Source: Deltaproteobacteria bacterium (GTDB taxonomy: Bacteria; Myxococcota; Kuafuiibacteriia; Kuafuiibacteriales; Kuafuiibacteriaceae). Taken from it: 64,000 bases of DNA. How positions within the stretch are numbered: the first letter of the stretch is position 1; every line of letters starts with the position of its first letter. The notes under the pieces are model-generated. The model had not been told where the DNA came from. It saw only the letters and a list, made by a program, of their open reading frames with translations, and ran no database searches. This document shows positions 19,150 through 29,205 of the stretch, piece by piece. A program made the position numbers and the translations under genes. Where the stretch lies: positions 352,001 through 416,000 of the forward strand of contig JAVJQW010000043.1 in NCBI GenBank assembly GCA_040218735.1, read 5' to 3'.

Positions 19150-20457
19150 GGAGTCGTCGCGCACGGCGCGGGTCGCCTCGACGCGCGTGGGGAGCGTGAA
19201 CTTGAAACACGTCGCGCTCTCGGTGCTGCTGTCGACCCACACTGCGCCGCCGAGGTAACGCACGCACTGGTCGACGATCGAGAGGCCGAGGCCCGTGGAC
19301 GGCTGGCCGGCCTTCGACTTCTCGCCGCGGGCGTAATCGTCGAAGAGCTTGGGGATGAGGTCCTTCGGGATCGGCTCGCCGACGTTGTAGACCGCGACCT
19401 CCACGAACTTGGTTCCGGCCTCGGGGCGGATCGGGCGCGCGTGCCGGAAGAGGTGGGCGGCGTCGCCCGCGCGGCGGTGGAGCGCGGACGAGGGGCCCGC
19501 GTCGCCGCGCACCGCGAGGCGCACGTGGATCGTCGAGCCCTGACGGCTGTGTTTGATCGCGTTGAAGAGCAGGTTGTCGAGGATGATCCAGACCCGGTCG
19601 ACGATCGTGCGGACCTCGGGGAGGCTCTTCGGGGCGGTGCACTGGAGCTGGACCTCCTGCATCCCCGCGACCCGGTCGAGCTGGCGCACGTGCGCGGGCA
19701 CCTCCGCCGCGAGCTGCAGCGGCGCGACCTTCTCGGTGGCGACGCCGGCGTCCACGCGCGACAGCTCCAGCGTGCTGTTGATCATGTGGATCATCCGGTC
19801 CGCCGCGCCCGCGATGTCGTTCGTGAGCGACGGGTCGTCCATCGAGCCCTCTTCTTCGATCATCGCCGCGTTCGTGGAGATCACCGTGAGCGGTGCCCGG
19901 AAGTCGTGGACCATCTGCGCCAACAGCTTCGCGCGATAACGCTGCTCTTCGTACAGACGCGAGCCGCGCACCGCCGTGCTCACCAACGCCGCGAGGCCTT
20001 CGAGGAGCTCGAGCCGCTGCGTGACTTCGCGCGGCGCCGCGACTTGCGAGTCGATGTAGAGCATCGCCGCGACCGCACCCTCGACGAAGATCGGCTGCGC
20101 GACCGCGAACCGAATCGCGTTGAGCTGAACGCTGTGGTGCTTCGCGAACTGCGATCCCTTCCCGACATCCGCGTGCACCGCGTGGCGCTTTTCGAGCGCC
20201 TCTCGGATCAACGCTTCACTCACCGGGAGCGGGTTGCCAGGGCCCGCCCACTCGAGGTTGTGCAGCTTGATGCGCTGAAGCGCGCCGTGGTTGTCGACCA
20301 GCGCGAACAGCGCGCGCTCCGCCGCCATGACCTTGGCGGCGCTGCGCAAGATCATCGGGAGCAGGCTCTCCAGCCGAAGCTCACCACCGAGCTGGAGCGC
20401 CACGTCGAGCAGCAGCTCACCGGGGCTCGGCGCGCTGTCTTCTGAGGGCGTGGACAC
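19144..20457 (-). CDS. GAF-domain sensor histidine kinase
   Basis: GAF domain; HDFRAPL H-box; NLLFNAIK; TGLGLSIV; start at 20457 or 20475. Confidence 0.88.
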   Translation of the reverse strand: MSTPSEDSAPSPGELLLDVALQLGGELRLESLLPMILRSAAKVMAAERALFALVDNHGALQRIKLHNLEWAGPGNPLPVSEALIREALEKRHAVHADVGKGSQFAKHHSVQLNAIRFAVAQPIFVEGAVAAMLYIDSQVAAPREVTQRLELLEGLAALVSTAVRGSRLYEEQRYRAKLLAQMVHDFRAPLTVISTNAAMIEEEGSMDDPSLTNDIAGAADRMIHMINSTLELSRVDAGVATEKVAPLQLAAEVPAHVRQLDRVAGMQEVQLQCTAPKSLPEVRTIVDRVWIILDNLLFNAIKHSRQGSTIHVRLAVRGDAGPSSALHRRAGDAAHLFRHARPIRPEAGTKFVEVAVYNVGEPIPKDLIPKLFDDYARGEKSKAGQPSTGLGLSIVDQCVRYLGGAVWVDSSTESATCFKFTLPTRVEATRAVRDDSL

Positions 20458-20491
20458 CGCCCGAAACCGTATCACTCGTCCGGGACTGCGA

Positions 20492-22096
20492 CTACTTCCG
20501 GTCTCCGAACTTGTTGCCGATTCCGTGACGCTTCAGCCGGTCGTGGAAGGTGCTCTTCGAGACCCCGAGCATGCGCGCGGCCTCCGCGCGATTGCCCCCG
20601 CACGCGTCGAGGATCTCGAGCATCTTGTCGCGCTCGACCTCGTCCTGACGTCGCACCTTCCGCCGCACGTCGCTCGACCGCGTGGTGAACGCATCCCGCG
20701 AGAACTGAAGGTCCGAAGCGTCGATCCGGTCCGCGTCGGACATCAGGATCGCGCGCACGAGCACGTTCCGCAGCTCGCGGATGTTGCCCGGCCACGTGTA
20801 GTCGCGGAGCGCTTCTTCTGCGTCGCTCGTCAGCTCGAGTGGTCGCGGTGACTGCGTCTTCAGGAAATGTCGCGTGAGTGGGAGGATGTCGTCCGGACGC
20901 TCCGTGAGCGGGGGCACCCGCAGCGACAGGACGAACAGCCGGTGGAAGAGGTCCTCGCGGAACCGGCCGTCTTCGACCAGCTCCTCCAGGTTGCGGTGCG
21001 TCGCCGCCACGATGCGCGTGTCGACCGGGATCTCCTTCGTCCCTCCGATGCGACGCACCGTCTGCGTCTCCAACACCCGCAGCAACTTCGGTTGCAGGTC
21101 GAGCGGGAGCTCACCGATCTCGTCGAGGAACAACGTGCCGCCGGAGGTCGCGGAGAACGCGCCGTCCTTCGTCTCGTCGGCGCCGGTGAACGCGCCCTCC
21201 TCGTGACCGAACAGCTCGCTCTCCACCACCGTGGGGTTGAGCGCACCGCAGTTGAGGGCGAGGTACGGCCCACGCGCGCGGGGCGACGCGTCGTGCAGCG
21301 CGCGGGCGACGAGCTCCTTACCGGACCCCGACTCACCGACCACGAGTACCGGCTCCTTCGCGCCCGCGAAGCGCTTCACCATCGCGAAGATGCGGTGCAT
21401 CTTCTCGCTCTTCGCGATCATCCCGTAGAAGGCGTCGTCGTCGTCGGTGTTCGACGCGGACGCGGAGAAGTCGAGCGTCACCTTGCCGACGACGATCTTC
21501 GCCGGGGTGGGGAGCTCCGCCTCGCGCACCTTCAGGCCGTTGACCTGCGTGCCGTTGGTGGAGTCGAGGTCGTGGATGAACCAACGCCCGTTCTGGTTGG
21601 TGATGCGCGCGTGGTACGCGGAGATGAACGGGTCCTCGACGATCAGATCGTTGTCTTCGTTGCCGCCGATGTTGAACGGCGCGCGCGGCGTGAGCCGGTA
21701 CTCGATGCCGTCGTAAGCGATCTGTGCGTCGTCGCTGCCCGGGCCGTCGGCGTCGCCGAGCGCTTTGGTCTTGCCGTGGTGCTGGCGGTCGTCGTCCGCG
21801 CGCACGCGCAGCGCGAGGGAGAAGTCTTCGATCCCGAGGACGTCGCCGGCCTTCATGTCGAACTCTTCACCGTCGAGCTCGGCGCCGTTGAGGCGTAGGC
21901 GGCCCGCGGTGAGGTCACGCATCCGGAAGCGGCCGGCGCCGCGGTCCATCATCAACGCGACGGCTTCGGGGACGGACGCGTCGGGGATCACCACGTCGTT
22001 CGTGGGGTTGCTGCCGATGCACACCTCGGCGCGGTCGACTCGCATGTGCAGCAGCGTCTCTCCGCTTCGCGTGATGATCAGCTCGGTGATGTCCAC
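20492..22096 (-). CDS. Sigma54-dependent activator with two FHA-like domains
   Basis: IG..ND and SAYHA..STNGT FHA motifs; GESGSGKE, GAFTGA, FLDEI, WPGNIREL; C-terminal Fis-type HTH. Confidence 0.92.
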   Translation of the reverse strand: MDITELIITRSGETLLHMRVDRAEVCIGSNPTNDVVIPDASVPEAVALMMDRGAGRFRMRDLTAGRLRLNGAELDGEEFDMKAGDVLGIEDFSLALRVRADDDRQHHGKTKALGDADGPGSDDAQIAYDGIEYRLTPRAPFNIGGNEDNDLIVEDPFISAYHARITNQNGRWFIHDLDSTNGTQVNGLKVREAELPTPAKIVVGKVTLDFSASASNTDDDDAFYGMIAKSEKMHRIFAMVKRFAGAKEPVLVVGESGSGKELVARALHDASPRARGPYLALNCGALNPTVVESELFGHEEGAFTGADETKDGAFSATSGGTLFLDEIGELPLDLQPKLLRVLETQTVRRIGGTKEIPVDTRIVAATHRNLEELVEDGRFREDLFHRLFVLSLRVPPLTERPDDILPLTRHFLKTQSPRPLELTSDAEEALRDYTWPGNIRELRNVLVRAILMSDADRIDASDLQFSRDAFTTRSSDVRRKVRRQDEVERDKMLEILDACGGNRAEAARMLGVSKSTFHDRLKRHGIGNKFGDRK

Positions 22097-22136
22097 GACG
22101 TCGCCGATTATCAGGGGTCCAGCCGCGCTTGCAAGC

Positions 22137-22955
22137 TCACGGCTCGGGCGGAGGCTTCCAACCTGGCCGCTCGTCTTCCTTGCCGAGGAGGAAGCGATAG
22201 ATGGCCGGCTTGTTCTCCTCGATCTCGATCGTGACCCGCCGCTCGTAACGGTCGTCCTTGCTCCGCAGCCACACGGTGTACTTCCCCGCCTCCATCGGAC
22301 GTTTCACGATCGGCGTCGCGCCGAGTTTCTTGCCGTCGTCCAGCTCGACCGTCCCGTCGGGGCGCATCCCCAGCGTGAGCCAACCCTTCGGCTTGGGTTT
22401 CGACATCGGAAGCTCGACCTTCGACTCCAGGCCGGTCTCGGGTTCGGATTTCACTTCGTAGAAGAAGACCTCCAGCGTCAGGTCCTCGGAGCGCTTCAGC
22501 GTGGCGCGAACGGATTTCGCCTGGTTGTTCGGCCCGGTCACCGTCACGTCGATCGGGCCCGGCTTGGTCACCACCCGGTACAGCGGCGTGCGCCCACGTT
22601 TGTACCCGTTGATGCGGACCTCCGCCTCCTGGATGTCCGACAGCACCGTCACCGTCGCGGGCTCGGGCGCGGGGATGCGAATGTTGAGATCGTTCTGCTC
22701 GCCGGCTTCGATCGTGATCGTGCGCTCGATGGGTTCGGCGCCCGGCGCCTGAATCTTCAGGTGATACTCACCCGCCTCCTTCACGATGGTCGCGGGCGTG
22801 GAGACGACTTCCAGCTTGCCGTCGATCCAGACCTTCGCGCCCTTCGGATAAGTTCGCAGGCGGAACTTTCCCAGCGTGATGGGTTTGCCGTTCTCGTCGT
22901 ACTTGGTCGGCTTGCAGGCCGCGAGCAGGACGAGCAGGAGCGCCCACCGCCTCAC
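22137..22955 (-). CDS. PEGA-domain lipoprotein
   Basis: LLAAC lipobox; three repeats such as PKGAKVWIDG and G(R/A)TP. Confidence 0.85.
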   Translation of the reverse strand: MRRWALLLVLLAACKPTKYDENGKPITLGKFRLRTYPKGAKVWIDGKLEVVSTPATIVKEAGEYHLKIQAPGAEPIERTITIEAGEQNDLNIRIPAPEPATVTVLSDIQEAEVRINGYKRGRTPLYRVVTKPGPIDVTVTGPNNQAKSVRATLKRSEDLTLEVFFYEVKSEPETGLESKVELPMSKPKPKGWLTLGMRPDGTVELDDGKKLGATPIVKRPMEAGKYTVWLRSKDDRYERRVTIEIEENKPAIYRFLLGKEDERPGWKPPPEP

Positions 22956-23893
22956 GGCTCATCCGTCTCCTGCTCGCCACCGAACCGGACCGCGAGCCGA
23001 AGCATCCCCGACGCGCCGAGCTCGGCCTCCGGGCCGCCCGCGACGTTGAACGCCATCACCGCGCCCCCCACGGACAGCTCGGCGGCGATCTCCGCCGACA
23101 CCTGGTAGAGCACCCCGGCGCGCGCGCCGCCGCCGGGATCGACGCCCGGCAACCGCACGTCGACGGTCGCGAATGGCTCGATGAAGGGGCTCCAACGGTA
23201 GGCGTGCGGCGAGCGTGCGAAGAGGCGCATCGCGAGATCGAAGCCGAGCACGAGCGGACCGCCGTCGGCGAAGATCGTCGGCGTGGAAAACGCCGGACCG
23301 ACGCCGACGTAGACGAGCAGCTCCACGTTCGGTGCGACGTTGCCACCTGCTCCGATGAACAGCCGCGCGCGGGCGCTACTTCCCGCGCGGCCCTCCGTCC
23401 CGACGTAACCCGTGAGCGAGAACTGCTCGTCCTCGACGTCCCGGTCGTAGACCGCGAGGGCCCGTTCGCGGGCCTCGGCCTCGGACGGCGCCAGGACGTC
23501 CAGGGTGAGCGGCTCGATGTCGCCGATGACGAGGAGGACGCCGCCCCGGGCGCCGTAGAGGAAGGCGCGCAGCTCGACCTGGTCGGGTTGGGCGACGCGG
23601 ATGCCGCCTTCGTTCCAGACCGTCGTGCTCGTGAACGTCGCGACCCACCAGCGCGCCATACCGGAGGGGGGCGTGGCGTCGACGCGGGTCCATTCACTCT
23701 CCCCGACCCGCCTCAGCTCGACTCGGACGCGCTTCGTGATGCGTTTGTCGTCGCGGATGTCGACGCGCGCGACGATGTCCTTTCCGACCGTGGCCACGAC
23801 GTCGCCGAAGCGCGCGGAGATCCCCGCCGCGTCGGCGGTCGCCGGGACGAGGACCGCGAACGTCGCGAGAGCGCAGCCGAGGAGCGAACGCAC
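22952..23893 (-). CDS. Exported hypothetical protein, C-terminal beta-barrel-like
   Basis: Signal peptide (ADA); Gly-rich alternating strands; coupled to the PEGA gene. Confidence 0.6.
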   Translation of the reverse strand: MRSLLGCALATFAVLVPATADAAGISARFGDVVATVGKDIVARVDIRDDKRITKRVRVELRRVGESEWTRVDATPPSGMARWWVATFTSTTVWNEGGIRVAQPDQVELRAFLYGARGGVLLVIGDIEPLTLDVLAPSEAEARERALAVYDRDVEDEQFSLTGYVGTEGRAGSSARARLFIGAGGNVAPNVELLVYVGVGPAFSTPTIFADGGPLVLGFDLAMRLFARSPHAYRWSPFIEPFATVDVRLPGVDPGGGARAGVLYQVSAEIAAELSVGGAVMAFNVAGGPEAELGASGMLRLAVRFGGEQETDEP

Positions 23894-23958
23894 GGCGCCC
23901 CATGCATTACGCGAACGACGCCCTTTACGCCAGGCGCCGCGATTGCGAGCCTAGGGAC

Positions 23959-25764
23959 GTGCGCGTTCGCGTCTTGGCTCTGATCGGGTGCATGACGGCG
24001 TGCGCGACCACCCCGCCCGCGACCGAGACGACGGAGGCGCCGCCGCCGGTCGCGGCCGCCGAGACCCACGACCTGTTCGACGCCGCGCTGCTCGCGAGCG
24101 GTTACGCCGAGGGCGCGGAGCTCGCCTCGGCGCGGCGCCGGCTCGAGACACTCGTCACGCCGGTCGTCCAGCGCCTCGCGGACGTCCAGGACGATCGCAC
24201 CCGCGCGGGCGCGCTGCTGATCACGCTGCACGAGAAGGGCGGGCTGTTCGGGACCTACGACGCGCGCGCGACGACGCTCGTCGACATCATCGACCGGCGG
24301 CACTTCAACTGCGTCTCGGCGTCGGTGCTCTACAACCTGATCGCGGACCGGCTCCAGATCGACGCCGCCGCGCAGCTGCTCCCCACGCACGCGCGCACGC
24401 TGCTGTCGATGCCGAGCGAGAAGGGCCTGGAGCGCGTCGTCGTGGAGACGACGTCACCGGCCGGGTTCTCGCCGAGCCCCGCCGACGAAGCGAAGATCCT
24501 CGCGAGCGTCGCCGGCCCGCGCGCGGAGGGGGCGCGGACCTTGGTCTCCGAGACGGGCGCTGTGGTGTCGACGCGGGTCCTGATCGGCACGATCTACGTG
24601 AACCGCGCGTCGATCGCGCAGGAGGGTGGCCAGTACGAGCTCGCCGAGTCGCTGTTCGCGCGCGGTGAAGCGTTTGCTTCGTCCGAGGAGATGCGGCGGG
24701 TGCTGCGCGATCAGCGCGCGGCGCTGCTGTCGCAGCTCGCCGGCGACGACGTCACGTCCAACGATCCGGAGCGCCTCGAACGCGCCTACCGGACGCTGCT
24801 CGCCGCGGTGAAGCTCGAGCCGACGCACCCCAACGTGCGCGAGGCCGTCTTCCACAACCTCCGCGCCGCGGCGGAGCGTCTGATCTTCCTCGAGGCGCAG
24901 CAGGGCGCGGAGGAGCGGCTGATCGCGCTCGCGACGGAGGCGGCGTCGGTGGGGATGCGCTCCGCGGATCGTTCGGGGCTGAGGGCGTTCGCGCTGTCGG
25001 AGGTCGCGCGGCTGAGGGTCGAAGCGCAGGACTACGAAGGTGCGATCGATGCGCTCGACCTCGCGCTGAAGGAGCAGCTCGGCAAGGCCGACGCGGGGCT
25101 GGAAGAGACGCTGAAGACGAACCGCATCTCCGCGCTGCGCCTCGCGGCGTTCCGGAGCGCGCGCGCGGGTGACTTCCGGGTCGGGCTGTCGTGGGTCGAT
25201 CGCATCGAGCAGCACCTCGGCGCGCGGCCGGAGGTCAGCGAAGATCGCCTACGGGTGATTCACCTCGTCGGGAACAAACGGCTCGACGACCGCGACTACC
25301 ACGGCGCCGTGGAGGTGTATCGCGAAGGTGTGCGTCGTTTCCCGCGCGACGACGCGTCGCGCACGAACCTGGTCGCGTCGCTGGAGCGGCTCGCGATGCC
25401 GATGATCGAGACCGGTCGGTGCGCGGAGGTCCGCGAGGTGCTCGAGGAGATCCGGACGATCGACGCGGCGACGAAGTTCGTGCGGCTCGCGGAGTCGCGC
25501 TGCCTGATCGAGCGGGCGCAGAAGCGCCTCGAGGCCAAGGACTACGCGGAGGCGGTGGATCTCATCCGTGCGGCACGTCGTGCGAACCCAAACGAGCCGG
25601 CCGTCGTACAGAACCTAGCGGTGGCATTGGTGCGTTGGGCAGAAGACTTGTCGAGTCGGGGTAAATGCCGCGAAGCTCGGGGTCTCGTGAAGGAGATCGC
25701 CGCGCTGCGGGTGGCCTCGGTCGGCCGAGCCCAGACGAAGCGTGCGCTCGGGAGTTGCGGATGA
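23959..25764 (+). CDS. TPR lipoprotein with N-terminal transglutaminase-like (Transglut_core2-type) domain
   Basis: MTAC lipobox; FNCVSAS..PTHA..ETT motif; helical TPR repeats; start could be 23902. Confidence 0.7.
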   Translation: MRVRVLALIGCMTACATTPPATETTEAPPPVAAAETHDLFDAALLASGYAEGAELASARRRLETLVTPVVQRLADVQDDRTRAGALLITLHEKGGLFGTYDARATTLVDIIDRRHFNCVSASVLYNLIADRLQIDAAAQLLPTHARTLLSMPSEKGLERVVVETTSPAGFSPSPADEAKILASVAGPRAEGARTLVSETGAVVSTRVLIGTIYVNRASIAQEGGQYELAESLFARGEAFASSEEMRRVLRDQRAALLSQLAGDDVTSNDPERLERAYRTLLAAVKLEPTHPNVREAVFHNLRAAAERLIFLEAQQGAEERLIALATEAASVGMRSADRSGLRAFALSEVARLRVEAQDYEGAIDALDLALKEQLGKADAGLEETLKTNRISALRLAAFRSARAGDFRVGLSWVDRIEQHLGARPEVSEDRLRVIHLVGNKRLDDRDYHGAVEVYREGVRRFPRDDASRTNLVASLERLAMPMIETGRCAEVREVLEEIRTIDAATKFVRLAESRCLIERAQKRLEAKDYAEAVDLIRAARRANPNEPAVVQNLAVALVRWAEDLSSRGKCREARGLVKEIAALRVASVGRAQTKRALGSCG

Positions 25765-26789
25765 GAGCGTGGGTGTTCGGGTTGTGTGTGGCGTTGACGC
25801 CGTCGGTGGCGTGGGCGCACGGCGCGAGCAAGAGCTACGCGGACTGGACCGTCGAGGGTGACCAGGCCGCGCTGCGGTTGTCACTCGCCGCACACGACGT
25901 GATCGCCGCGCGCCCCGAGATGGATCCGAACGGCGACCGCCGGTTGGACGCATCGGAGCTGGAGGCGGAGCGCGTCGCGTACGGTGCGACTGTCGTCGAG
26001 CAGACGCGCGTGCGCGCGGGGCGCGCCAAGGCGTCCGAGACGTGCACGCCGGGCGACGCGATCGTCCGGGGCATCGGTGATCCCGTCGAGGAGCTGCAGG
26101 TCACGGTCGTGTACACGTGCCCGTCGGCGATCGGCGCGTTGGAGCTGGGCGCCGGATACCTCCCCGAGCTCGAGCCTCCGCACGCGACGCTCGCCACCGT
26201 GACCGGCGGCGAGGTCAGCGCGCAGCACGTCTTCACCGCGCAGGACCCGCGCTTCGGCGTGACGTTCGAGCTGCCGCCGCTGGCGGAGGAGCTGTTGAAC
26301 GCGCTGCTCGCCGGCCTGAAGGCGAACTTCGTCCCGGGGCCGCTGTTGTTCTGCCTCGGCCTGATCCTCAGTCGGCGTGGGCGTCGCTTCGGAGGGATCC
26401 TCGCTGCGTTCCTCGCGGCGCACACCGTGATGGTGTTCTTCGGCGGGCTCCGCTACCCGTTCCTGCCGCTGATCGTCGCGGCGGCGATCGCCTGGATCGG
26501 GTTGGAGACGTTCCTGTCGTCGAAGGAGCCCGAGGTCGGGTGGCACCACATCGCGATGGCGTTGGTGTTCGGCGCGCTGTTCGGGGTCATGGCGCACCTC
26601 AAGGTGCCGCGGGAGATGATGCCGAAGCTCGCCTACGTCGCGGGCGCGACGGCGCCGCTCTTGGGGACGTTCCTCGTCGGCCGGATCGTGCTCGCGGTGT
26701 CCGGATCCCACACGGAGCGTGTGGTTCGAGGCATCGGCGCGGGGATCTTGGCGTCGGCGCTCGTGCTCGCCGTGCTCCACTTCGTCTGA
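25761..26789 (+). CDS. HupE/UreJ-like membrane protein
   Basis: AWA-HGASKSY mature start; DPNGDRRLD motif; multi-TM C-terminus with AHT. Confidence 0.6.
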   Translation: MRAWVFGLCVALTPSVAWAHGASKSYADWTVEGDQAALRLSLAAHDVIAARPEMDPNGDRRLDASELEAERVAYGATVVEQTRVRAGRAKASETCTPGDAIVRGIGDPVEELQVTVVYTCPSAIGALELGAGYLPELEPPHATLATVTGGEVSAQHVFTAQDPRFGVTFELPPLAEELLNALLAGLKANFVPGPLLFCLGLILSRRGRRFGGILAAFLAAHTVMVFFGGLRYPFLPLIVAAAIAWIGLETFLSSKEPEVGWHHIAMALVFGALFGVMAHLKVPREMMPKLAYVAGATAPLLGTFLVGRIVLAVSGSHTERVVRGIGAGILASALVLAVLHFV

Positions 26790-26863
26790 GCGACCGTTCA
26801 TTCGGTCTTCAACGCACTGCGTCTGACTCGAAGACGTCTTGCGCCTTCGGTTCAGGTCTGTAA

Positions 26864-26888
26864 CGAGGTCCCCTTCCGAAGGACCTCG
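26864..26888 (+). promoter_or_regulatory. Hairpin covering the fabH ribosome-binding site
   Basis: CGAGGTCC-N9-GGACCTCG includes the SD-like AAGGA upstream of GTG 26892. Confidence 0.35.
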
Positions 26889-26891
26889 AAC

Positions 26892-27908
26892 GTGACGAAC
26901 GCATACATCTCCGGCACCGGCTACTACTACCCACCGCGCGTGGTGACGAACCAAGACCTCGTCGACGACTACGGCATCGACACCAGCGACGAGTGGATTC
27001 AGAAGCGCACGGGCATCCAGTCGCGTCACTTCGCCGACGAAGGTGTGGGCAGCGCGGAGCTCGGCGAGCACGCCGCGAAGATGGCGCTCGACAACGCGGG
27101 CATCACGGCGAGCGACCTCGACATGATCCTCTTCGCGACGCTGAGCCCCGACCACGTGTTCCCCGGCTCCGGCGTCTACCTGCAGGCGCGCCTCGGCTGC
27201 GTCGGCGTGCCGGCGATGGACATCCGCAACCAGTGCTCCGGCTTCCTCTACGGGCTGCAGACCGCCTCGGCGCTCGTGAAGGCCGGCGCGGCGAAACACG
27301 TGCTGCTCGTCGGCGCCGAGACCCACTCGGCGGCGCTCGACCTCACGACGCGCGGGCGCGGCGTCTCGTCGCTCTTCGGTGACGCGGCCGGCGCGGTCGT
27401 CGTCTCCGCGACGGAAGAAGAGGGGCGCGGCATCCAGACCGTCGTCCTCGGCGCGGACGGCAACTACGCCGACGTCCTCTGCCAGAAGATCTGGGACATC
27501 TCGAAGCGCCCGTTCATGCCGCTCGACGAGAACGGCAACGGCATCGTCAGCCCCGAGATGATGTGGGCGCACATGGACGGCAAGCTCGTCTTCAAGAACG
27601 CCGTCGAGAAGATGATCACCTCGCTCGCCGCGGTGTGTTGGGACCACAAGGTCCAGGCCGACGAGCTCGACATGGTGCTCTTCCACCAGGCCAACCTCCG
27701 CATCAACCAGTTCGTGCTCCAGACGATGGGGCTCGATCCGGAGCGCGTCCCGAGCAACATCGAGCGCTGCGGCAACACCACCGCCGCGACGATCCCCACG
27801 CTCCTCGCCGAGCAGGTCGAGCAGGGCAAGGTCGAGCCCGGGATGAAGATGGGCATGGCCGCGTTCGGGAGCGGCTTTACCTGGGGCGCGGCTTACCTCG
27901 TCTGGTAG
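26892..27908 (+). CDS. fabH: 3-oxoacyl-ACP synthase III
   Basis: DTSDEWI, QCSGF, HQAN, GNT and FGSGFTWG motifs. Confidence 0.93.
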   Translation: MTNAYISGTGYYYPPRVVTNQDLVDDYGIDTSDEWIQKRTGIQSRHFADEGVGSAELGEHAAKMALDNAGITASDLDMILFATLSPDHVFPGSGVYLQARLGCVGVPAMDIRNQCSGFLYGLQTASALVKAGAAKHVLLVGAETHSAALDLTTRGRGVSSLFGDAAGAVVVSATEEEGRGIQTVVLGADGNYADVLCQKIWDISKRPFMPLDENGNGIVSPEMMWAHMDGKLVFKNAVEKMITSLAAVCWDHKVQADELDMVLFHQANLRINQFVLQTMGLDPERVPSNIERCGNTTAATIPTLLAEQVEQGKVEPGMKMGMAAFGSGFTWGAAYLVW

Positions 27909-27914
27909 CGCGCG

Positions 27915-29093
27915 CTACTCCCCGCATTCGGCGATCAACACGTCGCGGATCGCCTCCGCCCCCGCCTCCACGTTCATCAGCCCGTGTCGCGCCCCCGCGA
28001 CGAAGCGCCACGTCGCGTCCGCGCCGTCGCTCGCGAGCCGATCCGCCCAGCGCGTGCCCTGCGGCACCACCCCGCCGCAGTCCCCTTCGCCGACCAACAC
28101 CCGTACCGCGCACGTCGGCCGGCGACCGCGGTGCGGTGAGTCGGCTTCGAGGCGCGCGAGGTCGGCGGGGGAGGGCGGCCCCGTCGGTCCGCACGGCTCG
28201 CCGACGAAGGTCGCGTTGACGAGCGCTTCGGCGTTCACCTGGCAGGAGCGGCGGCCCGAGCAGATCGTCAGGCCGTCGTCGACGCGGTCGTCCCACTCGG
28301 CGTCGCACGACATGAAGTAGTCGGGCCGTTCGGTGTCGCCCCAGCAGGCGTCGCGGAGGTCGTCGATCGGGCCGCTGGTGGGGATTGCGACGTCGACCCA
28401 GCGATCGATCTGCCACGCGCCGAGCGCGTAACCGATCTCCGCGGCGCCCCCCGAGTTGCCGGTCACACACAGCGGGACGTCGGCGGCGCTTCGGTGGGTG
28501 GTGTGCACGTACTCGACGAGCGTCGCGTAGCGGGCGGAGCGCCCCGAGAGGCCCTGGTCGGTGTCGCCCGAGAACCAGCCGCCGCTCGGGCCGTCCCACT
28601 GGCGCTCGACGATGACGAAGCCGTCGGCGAGGAGCGCGTCCCGGAGGCGGTTGGTGCCGACGCTTCCGTCGAAGTAGGCGCCGCCGCCGCCGGTGCCGCT
28701 GCCGAAGATCACCACGCCGCGTTCGCGCCGCACGCTGCGCGCGATGTGGAGGCGGACGAAGATCGTCGGGTTGCCGTCCGTCTGGATCTGCACGACCTCG
28801 CAGGAGGCGCTCGGGAGGTTCGGGTTCGGGGTGCAGACGTCGACGGCGGTCGCCGTGCCGACCTCGGGCGCAGGGCCGGCGTCCCGGGCGCCCGCGTCGC
28901 GCGGACCGGCGTCGCGAGTACCTCCGTCGCGGGCGCCGCCGTCGCGAGCGTCGTGGGCTCCCGCGTCTTTTGGGCCGCCGTCGCGAGCTCCCGTGACGCC
29001 CACGTCCCGGGCTCCCGCGTCGCGCGGGTCTTCGCCGTCTTCGGCGCCTGCGCACGCCGCGAGCACGAGGCCGATCCACACCACCCGCTTCAC
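27915..29093 (-). CDS. Lipoprotein with RDAG-repeat linker and alpha/beta-hydrolase domain
   Basis: LAAC lipobox; (R/K)D(A/G)G repeats; GNSGG nucleophile elbow; GEGD; ARHG. Confidence 0.7.
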   Translation of the reverse strand: MKRVVWIGLVLAACAGAEDGEDPRDAGARDVGVTGARDGGPKDAGAHDARDGGARDGGTRDAGPRDAGARDAGPAPEVGTATAVDVCTPNPNLPSASCEVVQIQTDGNPTIFVRLHIARSVRRERGVVIFGSGTGGGGAYFDGSVGTNRLRDALLADGFVIVERQWDGPSGGWFSGDTDQGLSGRSARYATLVEYVHTTHRSAADVPLCVTGNSGGAAEIGYALGAWQIDRWVDVAIPTSGPIDDLRDACWGDTERPDYFMSCDAEWDDRVDDGLTICSGRRSCQVNAEALVNATFVGEPCGPTGPPSPADLARLEADSPHRGRRPTCAVRVLVGEGDCGGVVPQGTRWADRLASDGADATWRFVAGARHGLMNVEAGAEAIRDVLIAECGE

Positions 29094-29205
29094 GCCGCCC
29101 ATCCTAGTCGGGGCGTCGCCGCCCTCGCACTTGCGCGGGCCCGCAAGCACCGCGGCCCCCGAATTTTTGGGCCGAAACGCCCCGTGCTAGGCTCCTGGCC
29201 GGGGC

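Noticed and set aside
22107-22134. Minus-strand TTGCAA-16-GATAAT promoter for the FHA activator
   Set aside because: Plausible, but the spacing and -10 are imperfect; too weak to call
28880-29030. GCGCGAC/GACGC-type DNA repeats
   Set aside because: They encode an ordinary myxobacterial RDAG linker
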